64,000 nt of DNA. It comes from Candidatus Babelota bacterium (GTDB lineage Bacteria > Babelota > Babeliae > Babelales > Babelaceae). Positions 27,949 through 36,780 of this stretch are shown in pieces. The translations under genes were made by a program, and so were the position numbers. Below the pieces are notes generated by a model, which was not told where the DNA came from, ran no database searches, and worked only from the letters and a program-made list of their open reading frames with translations. The stretch's first letter is position 1. Every line of letters begins with the position of its first letter. Location: NCBI GenBank assembly GCA_013288045.1, contig JABDCP010000003.1, forward strand, positions 1,899-65,898, in the 5' to 3' direction.

Positions 27949-28677
27949 ATGAATGTCGGACTATGGGCTATTATTTCTTCAACTGATCTCATGAGTAAGG
28001 GAATACTGCTTTTGCTTCTTGCTGTATCGATTGCCTGTTGGGCCTTAGCTTTCTATGTGCACTCTGCCTTCAAAGAAAAACATGCATCCTTAAAACGAGC
28101 CAAAGAACTGCTCATTAATGTAAAAGGAATGGACGATTTTCTTGCTCGTTTGTCAGTGATGCAGTCGACCTATGCAGGTGAGCTTATTGCGTCATTTTTA
28201 GGTGACTTTAAAAAACTACTAAGAGCCAATGACTCAAATAATATGGTGGATGATAGAGATTGGTATCTCCTTCAATCTTCCATGAATCAGCATATTGATC
28301 AAGCAGTTGCCCATGAAGAGTCGTATCTTGGGTTATTATCTACCAGTGCTGCAGCTGCTCCTCTCGTAGGGTTATTTGGTACGGTATGGGGACTCATTCA
28401 TGCCTTTATGGGGATAGCAGAAAAACATAGCGCAGATATTTCTGCAGTGGCACCGGGAATCTCTGAAGCTTTACTTACCACCTTAGCTGGCTTAGTTGTC
28501 GCTATTCCATCGCTTTGCATGTATGCCTTTTTACAAGCAAGAATTCGTAGAATAGAACAAGAGATTGTTGACTTAGCTGATGAGTGCTTATGGATTATGC
28601 GCGGAGTTTTGACCTCGCCATCACGTAAGACAGCCTCTATGCAACGGAGTCCTGTGCACGTTGAGGAGTCTCTATGA
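27949..28677 (+). CDS. tolQ: TolQ (MotA/TolQ/ExbB proton channel)
   Basis: Start at ATG 27949 with an upstream AAGAAGG. Family motifs are GLFGTVWGLIHAF and APGISEALLTTLAGLVVAIP. It heads a tolR/tolA/tolB cluster. Confidence 0.85.
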   Translation: MNVGLWAIISSTDLMSKGILLLLLAVSIACWALAFYVHSAFKEKHASLKRAKELLINVKGMDDFLARLSVMQSTYAGELIASFLGDFKKLLRANDSNNMVDDRDWYLLQSSMNQHIDQAVAHEESYLGLLSTSAAAAPLVGLFGTVWGLIHAFMGIAEKHSADISAVAPGISEALLTTLAGLVVAIPSLCMYAFLQARIRRIEQEIVDLADECLWIMRGVLTSPSRKTASMQRSPVHVEESL

Positions 28678-29090
28678 TACTTGGTCGACGCAAAAGAAAA
28701 GAGAACCGACTTCCTGAGATAACGTTAACGCCACTTATTGATACTGCTCTGGTATTGTTAGTGATTTTTATGGTAGCGACACCTATCATGCATAACTCTT
28801 TAGAAATCAATTTACCCTCGGGGCAGATGAAAGAGGGTGCTCAGTCTACTGCATCTTCGTTGATTGTTTTTATCTCAGGTGAGGAAAAAATTCAGCTTAA
28901 TGGTACCTCCTATAAGCTTGATAGCTTGCTTGCTGAGTTAGCAAAAAAAGTTGCCAAAACAAAAGATACTCGCGTGTATGTCAATTGTGATCGTAAAGTA
29001 TCATCCGGAACGCTCGTAAAAGTAATAGACTCAATAAAATATGTAGCGGGGGTTGAGCATGTTATTCTCTCCACCGAACGAGTTCGGTAA
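28674..29090 (+). CDS. tolR: TolR (ExbD/TolR family)
   Basis: 138 aa. PEITLTPLIDTALVLLVIFMV matches the ExbD/TolR TM motif. It overlaps tolQ with an ATGA junction. Confidence 0.85.
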   Translation: MILGRRKRKENRLPEITLTPLIDTALVLLVIFMVATPIMHNSLEINLPSGQMKEGAQSTASSLIVFISGEEKIQLNGTSYKLDSLLAELAKKVAKTKDTRVYVNCDRKVSSGTLVKVIDSIKYVAGVEHVILSTERVR

Positions 29091-30093
29091 GCACACATTC
29101 TATAAGCTGATAGGGTTTTCTTGTGCAGTACATAGCCTGCTTCTGCTGCTTATCTTTGGCACTGAAGTATGGTTGAGTATGCGTCCTCAGACGGTTTTAC
29201 TGAGAAAACCGGGCCGGGTAAGTCTATCAAGACGTGGCAAAAAGCCCCAAGGTGCTTTGCAGGGTACTCCAAAGAACTTAGGTTCATTGGGTGGCCAAGA
29301 AAAGTCTCAACCTGTAGAGCCTCAGCAGTTACCTAAAAATCCTGACAGTGCAGAGCCTCAGAAATTAGTGGCTAAAGACGTTGAGAAAACTACTCCTACA
29401 AAAAAAGAGAGTGAGAAAAAAGCGCAGCCGGCATTAAAGTCTAAGGATCTTCCATTAAAGTCGAGTGTTCAGAAGAGTGCAGAGAAAAAAATTCCTGCGG
29501 AAAAAAAAGCAGCTACAAAAAAAGAGTCTCTCAAGCCTGAAAGTAAAAAAGAAGTAAACTCTGCTGAAAAAGAAGTGGCTCCACCTGCAGAAAAAGCCCA
29601 AAAAAAAGAACTGGCGCAAAAAGAGATAGCGCACGAGAAAGAACCAGGGAAAGCACACAAAGAACCTGAAAAAGCTTTGAAAGCGATTGAAAAAAAGGAT
29701 ACTCAGACTACAAACGATGTGTCTTCAAAACCTGAAAAATCGAGCAATATACATACTGGAACGCAGGCCGTAGCAGTTCAAAGTTTGCTGAGTGCCCAAC
29801 AGGAAGAACTGGGTGATGCTACGGGTGAAGAGTATGAAGAGGTACATGCTGCGGAAGCAGCCTATTCTGAAGATAGTATTCAGCAAGAGTTTGGACGAAA
29901 CTTTACCATACCGGAAGGTTTTGATGAGTATGATTCATTTACGATATCCTTTGATATTAAAGATGGCAAGGTGATGAATGTGAGCCCCCACACCAAGGGT
30001 GCGTTAGTGGTCTACACTGCGGTGAAAGATGCCTTGCTTAAGTCTACTATGCCAAAACGAAATAGAAAAAATATAGTCTGGGTTATAACCTAA
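29059..30093 (+). CDS. tolA: TolA-like protein
   Basis: N-terminal TM (YKLIGFSCAVHSLLLLLIFG), a long K/E/P/A-rich linker and a small C-terminal domain. It lies between tolR and tolB. Confidence 0.65.
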   Translation: MLFSPPNEFGKHTFYKLIGFSCAVHSLLLLLIFGTEVWLSMRPQTVLLRKPGRVSLSRRGKKPQGALQGTPKNLGSLGGQEKSQPVEPQQLPKNPDSAEPQKLVAKDVEKTTPTKKESEKKAQPALKSKDLPLKSSVQKSAEKKIPAEKKAATKKESLKPESKKEVNSAEKEVAPPAEKAQKKELAQKEIAHEKEPGKAHKEPEKALKAIEKKDTQTTNDVSSKPEKSSNIHTGTQAVAVQSLLSAQQEELGDATGEEYEEVHAAEAAYSEDSIQQEFGRNFTIPEGFDEYDSFTISFDIKDGKVMNVSPHTKGALVVYTAVKDALLKSTMPKRNRKNIVWVIT

Positions 30094-30104
30094 ATGGAAT
30101 ATGT

Positions 30105-31427
30105 ATGAAAGCACAGTACCTTGTTGGTTTCTTCTGTATGCTAGTGAACATAAGCTATGCTTCTGAAATAAAGCAAAGTCTCTATGAGCATGCAACACTC
30201 AAGGCGATGCCGTTACTGGTGGTGGTAAGTCCTGAAAATGATACCGAGCTTATGAGCGTAGCGCAAATCCTTGCAAAAAATCTTGAGCGAAGTGGTCAGT
30301 TTACGGTAACACTTAAGGCAACTCGAGAGCCTTCAAAGAAGTCTGAATTAGATGGGCTCTTTGAGAAGGGCTATCCGTTACAGATATTTTTACAGCACGA
30401 TGATGGTAGGAAATCAATTGGGTGGCGGCTCTATGATGTAGCTGATCAGCGCTTAGTCAAAGGTAAAAAATGTACCAAGCGTGGTGCTCTTGCACATGGT
30501 TATGCAGATAACCTTGCGGATGATATATGGCCGGTGCTTACCAATCAGCCAAGCTCATTTTCATCGAAGCTTGCCTATGTAAAGAAAAAGAATGTTCCTG
30601 GGCAAAAAGATCGGCAGCGCTCTCAAGTGTGCGTAGCAAATAGTGATGGCTCTCATGAGCAGCTTATTATTCCTCAAATGGGGACCTATGTGAGTCTTTA
30701 TTGGCACCATGACAAGAATAATCCCTGTATCTTTTGCTCAGAGTTCACCCGATACAATGTTCGATTTGTGTCAGCAAACTTCCATGGACAAAAAAGGACA
30801 GTCCTCGATCTTAAAGGTACCTGTGTAGGCATATCTCTCTCAAATGAAACAAATAAGGCTGTCTATTGTAGGTCGGGAACGATTTGGGAATATGTCTATG
30901 ATCCAGTACAGATGCAGGCAGCGCACCGCGTTCTTATTGCTAATGATGGCAACAATGTGTCTCCCACACTGCTGCCTTCGGGAGATGTTATTTTTTGTTC
31001 TGATGCTCCTTCGTTATTACATAGTGCTAAATCCAAAGGTCCTAAGATCATTAAATACTCTGCACGTGATAAATCTACAACGCTATTAACAAAGGATGGC
31101 TATTGTGTAGGGCCAAGCTATGCTAAAGCCACCGGCAAGATTGCCTATTCTAAGAAACTAAATGGTGAGATGCAGCTCTTTGTGTATGATCCTGCCAATC
31201 ATACTGATGTACAAATTACCTTTGACCATGGCAATAAGATAGACTGCTGCTGGTCCCCCTGTGGAAAATACCTGGTATTTTGTTACCGCAATGGTCGAAT
31301 CAGCAGGATTGCCGTTATGCACGTAGGTTTAAAGAAAAGATACTACATTACTCAAGCTCATGAGTACTGTACCTCGCCCGCCTGGTCGCCTGTGTATGAC
31401 GAAGTACCTAGCATAATCACCAGGTGA
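30105..31427 (+). CDS. tolB: TolB-like periplasmic beta-propeller protein
   Basis: 440 aa with a signal peptide. Propeller-blade signatures are CCWSPCGKYLVFC and TSPAWSP. Gene order also supports the call. Confidence 0.75.
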   Translation: MKAQYLVGFFCMLVNISYASEIKQSLYEHATLKAMPLLVVVSPENDTELMSVAQILAKNLERSGQFTVTLKATREPSKKSELDGLFEKGYPLQIFLQHDDGRKSIGWRLYDVADQRLVKGKKCTKRGALAHGYADNLADDIWPVLTNQPSSFSSKLAYVKKKNVPGQKDRQRSQVCVANSDGSHEQLIIPQMGTYVSLYWHHDKNNPCIFCSEFTRYNVRFVSANFHGQKRTVLDLKGTCVGISLSNETNKAVYCRSGTIWEYVYDPVQMQAAHRVLIANDGNNVSPTLLPSGDVIFCSDAPSLLHSAKSKGPKIIKYSARDKSTTLLTKDGYCVGPSYAKATGKIAYSKKLNGEMQLFVYDPANHTDVQITFDHGNKIDCCWSPCGKYLVFCYRNGRISRIAVMHVGLKKRYYITQAHEYCTSPAWSPVYDEVPSIITR

Positions 31428-31561
31428 GCGAGTTAAAGAGCAGGCTAAACGATTTATGTGCCGATAAGACCTTATCTAGCAAAACATCTATCTTTCTCCG
31501 TTTCTGCTTTAAGGCAAAAATGTGAGAGAGCTACAGCGATTTTTAGCACGAAAAAGTGGTA

Positions 31562-32254
31562 TCAAGCAGCTGTTGCCGCCGGTGCTGTCGTGCTGCTAAG
31601 AGCGCAGTTACAATACTTATTAAAAATATAGACTTTCAGCGCATTGCCCATGCCTTGAGGAAAAGGAAATCCTACTGTGAAGAAAGCATTGGATTGAGTT
31701 ATCCTTGCAAAAAGCCCAGGCACAATACTTGGAAATGCAGAGAAAGTTTGTGAAAAGGGGGCTACTGATTTTGTGATTCCAACAACATCATTTTCAAACG
31801 TATCGTCGATTGCAAGTCCGACAGCAAAATTAATAGGACCTGAAGGATTAACGGCACTTAAGGTTATGCATCCTGGACCATCACCCAAGGGTAATGAATC
31901 GATTGAAAAAACTATCGGTATAGTGACAGCACTGTTGCTGGTAAGACGGTATGTGACCGTGTTATTTGCTGAGTCTGTTATCACTAAATTAATTTCATGT
32001 TCCAATTCAGAAATAAGGACGTTATTAAATTGTGCTACTTGTGTTGTCTGAGGAGTGAAGCCGATGACGTCCTGTAAATCATAGGTATATGATCCGTCAG
32101 CGGCGGGCTGGCCTCCAGATGCAGTTATTGTAAGATTTACAGCTACTGGTCCATTTGGAGTGACGGTAATATTGGAGATAAATAATGGTTGGGGTCCTAC
32201 CTGGGAAGCGAGAATAATCGGCCAGGAGAGCAGCGCTAGCAAAAGTTTCTTCAT
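31562..32254 (-). CDS. Secreted protein, FISNI...FPFPQGMGNALK family, member 2
   Basis: N-terminus MKKLLLALLSWPIILASQVGPQPLFISNITV and C-terminus VGFPFPQGMGNALKVYIFNKYCNCAL. Confidence 0.75.
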   Translation of the reverse strand: MKKLLLALLSWPIILASQVGPQPLFISNITVTPNGPVAVNLTITASGGQPAADGSYTYDLQDVIGFTPQTTQVAQFNNVLISELEHEINLVITDSANNTVTYRLTSNSAVTIPIVFSIDSLPLGDGPGCITLSAVNPSGPINFAVGLAIDDTFENDVVGITKSVAPFSQTFSAFPSIVPGLFARITQSNAFFTVGFPFPQGMGNALKVYIFNKYCNCALSSTTAPAATAA

Positions 32255-32701
32255 AGTAGTTCCTTTTTGTTTAAAGAGCATCATCGACTCATGTGGTAAC
32301 GCATATCACATGCGTTTTAACTAAGATACCATAGCTGTTTTTATGAATGCAATGATTTTATCTTTTTCTAACACCACTAGGAATTGCAAGGTTATTGTCT
32401 AAGATACGTGATAAAAATTTAGTTGTGCGAGCTGTAAAATATTGGTTGTGAATGCCCACTTACGATGCTATCCAAAATGTTTTTGCTTAAAAGTCTCCTG
32501 GCATGCAAAAAAGACATCAAACTGTTGGCTTCTGCTGATAAATGTGATAGGTTCAACTGAAACTCTGCAATCATGTGCGCAGGAGCTTGAAAAAGAAGAA
32601 TCTCAATAAGCTGATTGTACCGCATTGGACAATATAAAGGGACTATGGTATACTGGGCTTCAAAAGGCTATTAACTTATTTAAGGATGACATAGGGTTCT
32701 C

Positions 32702-34528
32702 ATGAAAAAAATCAACATTAAACATTTTCGAGGTGGGCCAGGCAACGTGCTTTTGGTAATCGTATTCCTTGCGTTGACGCTGCTCGCCGTATTAAAGCTT
32801 GCTGACTTTAGTCAGCGTACGGAACATATCAGTTATACAACCTTTATGAAGAAGCTTGAGAGCAATCAAGTGTCAAAGGTTGAGGTGACCGGTTCTGAAG
32901 TGCGTGGAGTATATCGAGATGGACGAACTCATTTTGAAACGGTAGTGCCTAATACTCCTAAACTATGGGAAATGCTCAAAGAATATAATGTAGAGACAAA
33001 TATTGCAGGGAGTGTAGGGGCATTTGGCTTCTGGCAGCTTCTGTACTTACTCCCTTTACTCTTAACTCTTGGTGCTGTGTGGTATTTCTTCCGCCAGTCA
33101 CGGAATAACAGCGGCAGTGGTGGTGGAAATATCTTTAGTATGAGTAAAAGTAAGGCAAAGATGTTTATGCCTTCTCAAATAAAGGTAAACTTCGATTCGG
33201 TCGCAGGTGCCGTGGAGGCAAAGGAAGAATTGGTCGATATAATCGACTTCTTGCGTAACCCCGATAAGTTTAAGCGACTAGGAGCTAAGTTAACGCGTGG
33301 AGTCCTTCTTGTAGGAGAACCAGGTAACGGGAAAACCTTACTTGCAAAAGCGGTAGCTGGAGAAGCAAGTTGTCCTTTCTTTAGCGTAAGTGGTTCTGAC
33401 TTTATTGAAGTATTTGTAGGTGTGGGCGCTGCTCGTGTGCGCGACCTATTTGCACAGGCACGTCGCCATGCACCGAGTATCGTCTTCATTGACGAGATTG
33501 ACGCAGTCGGGCGCCAAAGAGGCGCAGGGCTTGGTGGAGGTCATGATGAACGTGAACAGACATTGAACCAGCTTCTCATTGAGATGGATGGCTTTGAGTC
33601 GGGCAATTCACCAGTAGTTGTTATGGCTGCGACCAATAGGCCGGATGTGCTTGATAAAGCACTTTTACGTGCTGGGCGTATCGATAGACGTGTACATGTA
33701 CCATTTCCAGATATTAAGAGTCGTGAGGCTATATTGAAGGTCCATGCCGAACATGTACCTATGGATGGACAGGTGAACTTAGGAAAGATTGCTCGAGGAA
33801 CTCCTGGATTTACGGGGGCTGATCTTGCGAATCTTATCAATGAGGCTGCAATTAATGCATCGAAACTTAATAAGAATTCAGTATCGGTAGATGATTTTGA
33901 AGAGGCGCGTGATAAGATTATTCTTGGTAAAGAGATGAAAACAATGGTTCTTACTGATGAAGAGCGTGAAGTGACCGCATATCATGAAGCGGGACATGCA
34001 TTGGTGACGCTTTTAACGCCTCAAGAAACCGATCCTCTTCATAAAGTAACGATTATGCCTCGAGCCAAAGCCTTGGGTGTGACCTGGTCATTGCCTGAAC
34101 GTGATAAGCATACGATCAGTAAAGATGAAATGACAGCACGTATTATGGTCGCCCTAGGGGGCCGTGCAGCTGAAGAGCTTGTCTTTAATAGACTTGAGTC
34201 AGGAGCTCATAGTGACTTTGCGACAGCTACGCAGGTAGCTCGAGCAATGGTATGTTCGTATGGTATGTCTCAAAAGCTTGGGCCACTTGTGTATGAACAG
34301 AATAGCCTTGGTGAAAACAACTATTCTGAGGAAACGGCGCGAACAATTGACGAAGAGATGAGATCGATACTCGATAACTGCTATAAGCATGTATATAAGT
34401 TGCTTTCGGATAACCGAGATAAGCTTGAAAAGCTTGCTAAGGCATTAATAGATAATGAAACCATGTATGCTGGCGAAATCTATGAGCTTCTGGGGATAAC
34501 ATCCCGTGAAGAGCATCTATTTCATTAA
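32702..34528 (+). CDS. ftsH: ATP-dependent zinc metalloprotease FtsH
   Basis: Motifs are Walker [19 protein letters not shown], Walker [11 protein letters not shown] and zinc site HEAGHAL. Confidence 0.97.
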   Translation: MKKINIKHFRGGPGNVLLVIVFLALTLLAVLKLADFSQRTEHISYTTFMKKLESNQVSKVEVTGSEVRGVYRDGRTHFETVVPNTPKLWEMLKEYNVETNIAGSVGAFGFWQLLYLLPLLLTLGAVWYFFRQSRNNSGSGGGNIFSMSKSKAKMFMPSQIKVNFDSVAGAVEAKEELVDIIDFLRNPDKFKRLGAKLTRGVLLVGEPGNGKTLLAKAVAGEASCPFFSVSGSDFIEVFVGVGAARVRDLFAQARRHAPSIVFIDEIDAVGRQRGAGLGGGHDEREQTLNQLLIEMDGFESGNSPVVVMAATNRPDVLDKALLRAGRIDRRVHVPFPDIKSREAILKVHAEHVPMDGQVNLGKIARGTPGFTGADLANLINEAAINASKLNKNSVSVDDFEEARDKIILGKEMKTMVLTDEEREVTAYHEAGHALVTLLTPQETDPLHKVTIMPRAKALGVTWSLPERDKHTISKDEMTARIMVALGGRAAEELVFNRLESGAHSDFATATQVARAMVCSYGMSQKLGPLVYEQNSLGENNYSEETARTIDEEMRSILDNCYKHVYKLLSDNRDKLEKLAKALIDNETMYAGEIYELLGITSREEHLFH

Positions 34529-34595
34529 TAAGATTGAAAAAAGACGAGCTTCTTGTACACTAGTGGATAGAGAAGCTTTTAAGAAAGGTATAATA

Positions 34596-34799
34596 ATGGC
34601 ACGCATATGTGGGATATGTGGTAAGAAACCACAGGTAGCAAATATCGTTAGTCACGCAAATAATAGAACGAAGAAATGGGTATATCCCAACGTCCAGAAG
34701 CTCCGCTATACGGTAGTAGGCTGTTCTGATGGCAAAGTGCATGCTGGAAAAGTATGTACCAAATGTATGAAAGCACAAAAGATCGTAAAAGTTATTTAA
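34596..34799 (+). CDS. rpmB: 50S ribosomal protein L28
   Basis: MARICGICGKKPQVANIVSHANNRTKKWVYPNVQ matches the L28 N-terminus. I trimmed the start from the tracked 34506. Confidence 0.85.
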   Translation: MARICGICGKKPQVANIVSHANNRTKKWVYPNVQKLRYTVVGCSDGKVHAGKVCTKCMKAQKIVKVI

Positions 34800-34817
34800 C
34801 GTAGGTGAGACTCAGGT

Positions 34818-35096
34818 ATGGCAAATACTTCGTCTGCAAAAAAAGCAGCTCGGCAAAATGAGAAACGTCGGTTTAAGAATATGGCTCGTAAATCAGCCAT
34901 TAAAACGGCAATAAAAAAGGTTCAGGTAATGGTTGAAGCATCCTCATTTGATGCGGAAGCTGCAGACCTTTTAGTTCGTGATGTAGCTGCAAAGCTCGGC
35001 CGTGCAAAAGGGAAGCATGTATTTCATGCAAATACGGCATCTCGCAAGTTGAGTAGACTTGCCAAGAAGGTACACAAACGCGCTCAAGCAGCATAA
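34818..35096 (+). CDS. rpsT: 30S ribosomal protein S20
   Basis: MANTSSAKKAARQNEKRRFKNMARKSAIKTAIKKV is typical of S20. Confidence 0.9.
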   Translation: MANTSSAKKAARQNEKRRFKNMARKSAIKTAIKKVQVMVEASSFDAEAADLLVRDVAAKLGRAKGKHVFHANTASRKLSRLAKKVHKRAQAA

Positions 35097-35116
35097 TTCC
35101 TACGTAGAAGATTAAA

Positions 35117-35143
35117 AGCTCCATGTTAAGTGGGGCTTTTTTT
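35117..35143 (+). terminator. Rho-independent terminator after rpsT
   Basis: AGCTCCA / TGGGGCT stem with a 7-nt loop, then T6. Confidence 0.7.
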
Positions 35144-35277
35144 AGTGCCTTGCGATGCGAATTTAAGTACCTCAGCCATGAGAGGGATAGAGAGTCTTAT
35201 TAATTAGAATTACCGTATGTTTGCCGAGCAGTCCTCGTCTTATGACTCAGTGTTTACAAAGCCTAGTCGTAACGAAT

Positions 35278-35310
35278 AAAAAAAGATCCCTGAGCAGATG
35301 CTCAGGGATC
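35278..35310 (-). terminator. Rho-independent terminator of the RING-like gene
   Basis: gatccctgagc - agat - gctcagggatc (11-bp perfect stem), followed on the minus strand by T7. Confidence 0.75.
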
Positions 35311-35338
35311 TTAGTGTTTCTTGTTTAGGTAGAAGCCT

Positions 35339-36691
35339 TTAACCACTATGGCCGGTCAGCATTGCATTGGCGGCTATGCCTGCACCAATACCAGCTGCCC
35401 AACAAAGTGCCTGTTTGAGTTCAAAGGACCTTTCTGGATTTGCTTTCTTGACCAGAGTATATGCCCCTAGACCAGCTGCGCTATATACCAGCCATGTAGA
35501 CTTAGGGGTAAAACGATCAGGTTTATTATAGTCTCGACCTACTAAAAGTCCTAAGCAAAGACCTCCAAGAAGATCACCAGTAGACCCTTTAAGAAATTCA
35601 GGAGCTGTATCTTCTTCAGTGGTTTCATGAAAGTGAGGGACCTTAGAATTAGAATGACGGCTTGGAAGACGATGTGCCCGTTTCATACAGGCGAGCTCTT
35701 CTCGCTTGCCCGTATTAATGACCACTACCTGCCAATCTCTTGGATCAAGATGTTTTGGTAGCAGCTTATTTAGTTGTGCATCTTCTTTGGTGAGATCCTT
35801 GATAGGGTACAAGTCCGGGAGCACACGCAGATTGCCTTGTTTTAAACCAAACTTTTTACGGAATTCATCAGGCGTCATGCCATCGATGGTATCATCCTCA
35901 TCATCAGGTATATCAAAAGTTACATTCTTCTTTGTTTGCTTAGGAGCTACTTTTGAGGTAGCGGATACTCTGCGCTCTACCGGAATATGTTCTTGAAACA
36001 GGTCACTTGCTGCAGAGCGTATTTTTTGAAGACTCATGGATTCTTTTTTAGTAGGGGCTCTTTGTAAGTATTTCAGTATAACCTGATCATTTCCATCCTT
36101 TTGGAGGGGATCTATGATCTTCATCGGTTTTCTACAGGTAGGGCATTGATGCTTGTTTCGGGCTGCTTTTAGAGCTTCTTCCAGAGAAAGGTTATGTCCA
36201 CACCCTAACTCAATAATGATATGACCTTTATCTACCTCTTGTTGAGAAGCAGAGCATTTTCGTAGTACAGTATCAGGAGCTGGCTTAGTTGATGGCGTAT
36301 GTCTCATTAAATACGCGCGTAGCTTGTTTTGTTCTTGAACGTTGAGCGGCTTTTGACGATGGTGTACGTATGCATAGCTATTCTTATTGACCCGAGGATC
36401 ATGTACTTTGTAGGTGCTACGGCAGGTTGGACATGCCTTATCCATTGGATTTGCAAGATCCATTGCGTTCACACAATCTAAGCAATAATGATGGTTAACT
36501 TTTTGCTGACAATCGAACTGAATGACGATACTGTCAGGTGTATAAGCGGTCATACAAATGGGACAGCCTGTTCCCTCATCCTCTTCCTCTACTTCATGAG
36601 TATGAGCTCTCGGTCCTGTGGCCCAGAGACTTGGGGTAATACTACCAAAAAGCACTGCTACACCGAGCAGGGTAATAAATAATTTCTTCAT
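35339..36691 (-). CDS. Signal-peptide protein with RING-like zinc finger(s) and C-terminal glycine-zipper TM region
   Basis: CPIC-x14-C-x5-HH-x-C-x2-C-x13-C-x2-C (GCPICMTAYTPDSIVIQFDCQQKVNHHYCLDCVNAMDLANPMDKACPTCRSTY), plus a second degenerate copy (LGCGHNLSLEEALKAARNKHQCPTCRKPM). The C-terminus has GLCLGLLVG and AAGIGAGIAANAML. Confidence 0.7.
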   Translation of the reverse strand: MKKLFITLLGVAVLFGSITPSLWATGPRAHTHEVEEEDEGTGCPICMTAYTPDSIVIQFDCQQKVNHHYCLDCVNAMDLANPMDKACPTCRSTYKVHDPRVNKNSYAYVHHRQKPLNVQEQNKLRAYLMRHTPSTKPAPDTVLRKCSASQQEVDKGHIIIELGCGHNLSLEEALKAARNKHQCPTCRKPMKIIDPLQKDGNDQVILKYLQRAPTKKESMSLQKIRSAASDLFQEHIPVERRVSATSKVAPKQTKKNVTFDIPDDEDDTIDGMTPDEFRKKFGLKQGNLRVLPDLYPIKDLTKEDAQLNKLLPKHLDPRDWQVVVINTGKREELACMKRAHRLPSRHSNSKVPHFHETTEEDTAPEFLKGSTGDLLGGLCLGLLVGRDYNKPDRFTPKSTWLVYSAAGLGAYTLVKKANPERSFELKQALCWAAGIGAGIAANAMLTGHSG

Positions 36692-36780
36692 AGTAAACTT
36701 CCACATTTTAGATTTTCTTATATGTTTATATAAGTAGTATAGCCTAAAATGAATAAAACCTTAAGTGGGTAGAAGAAAGC

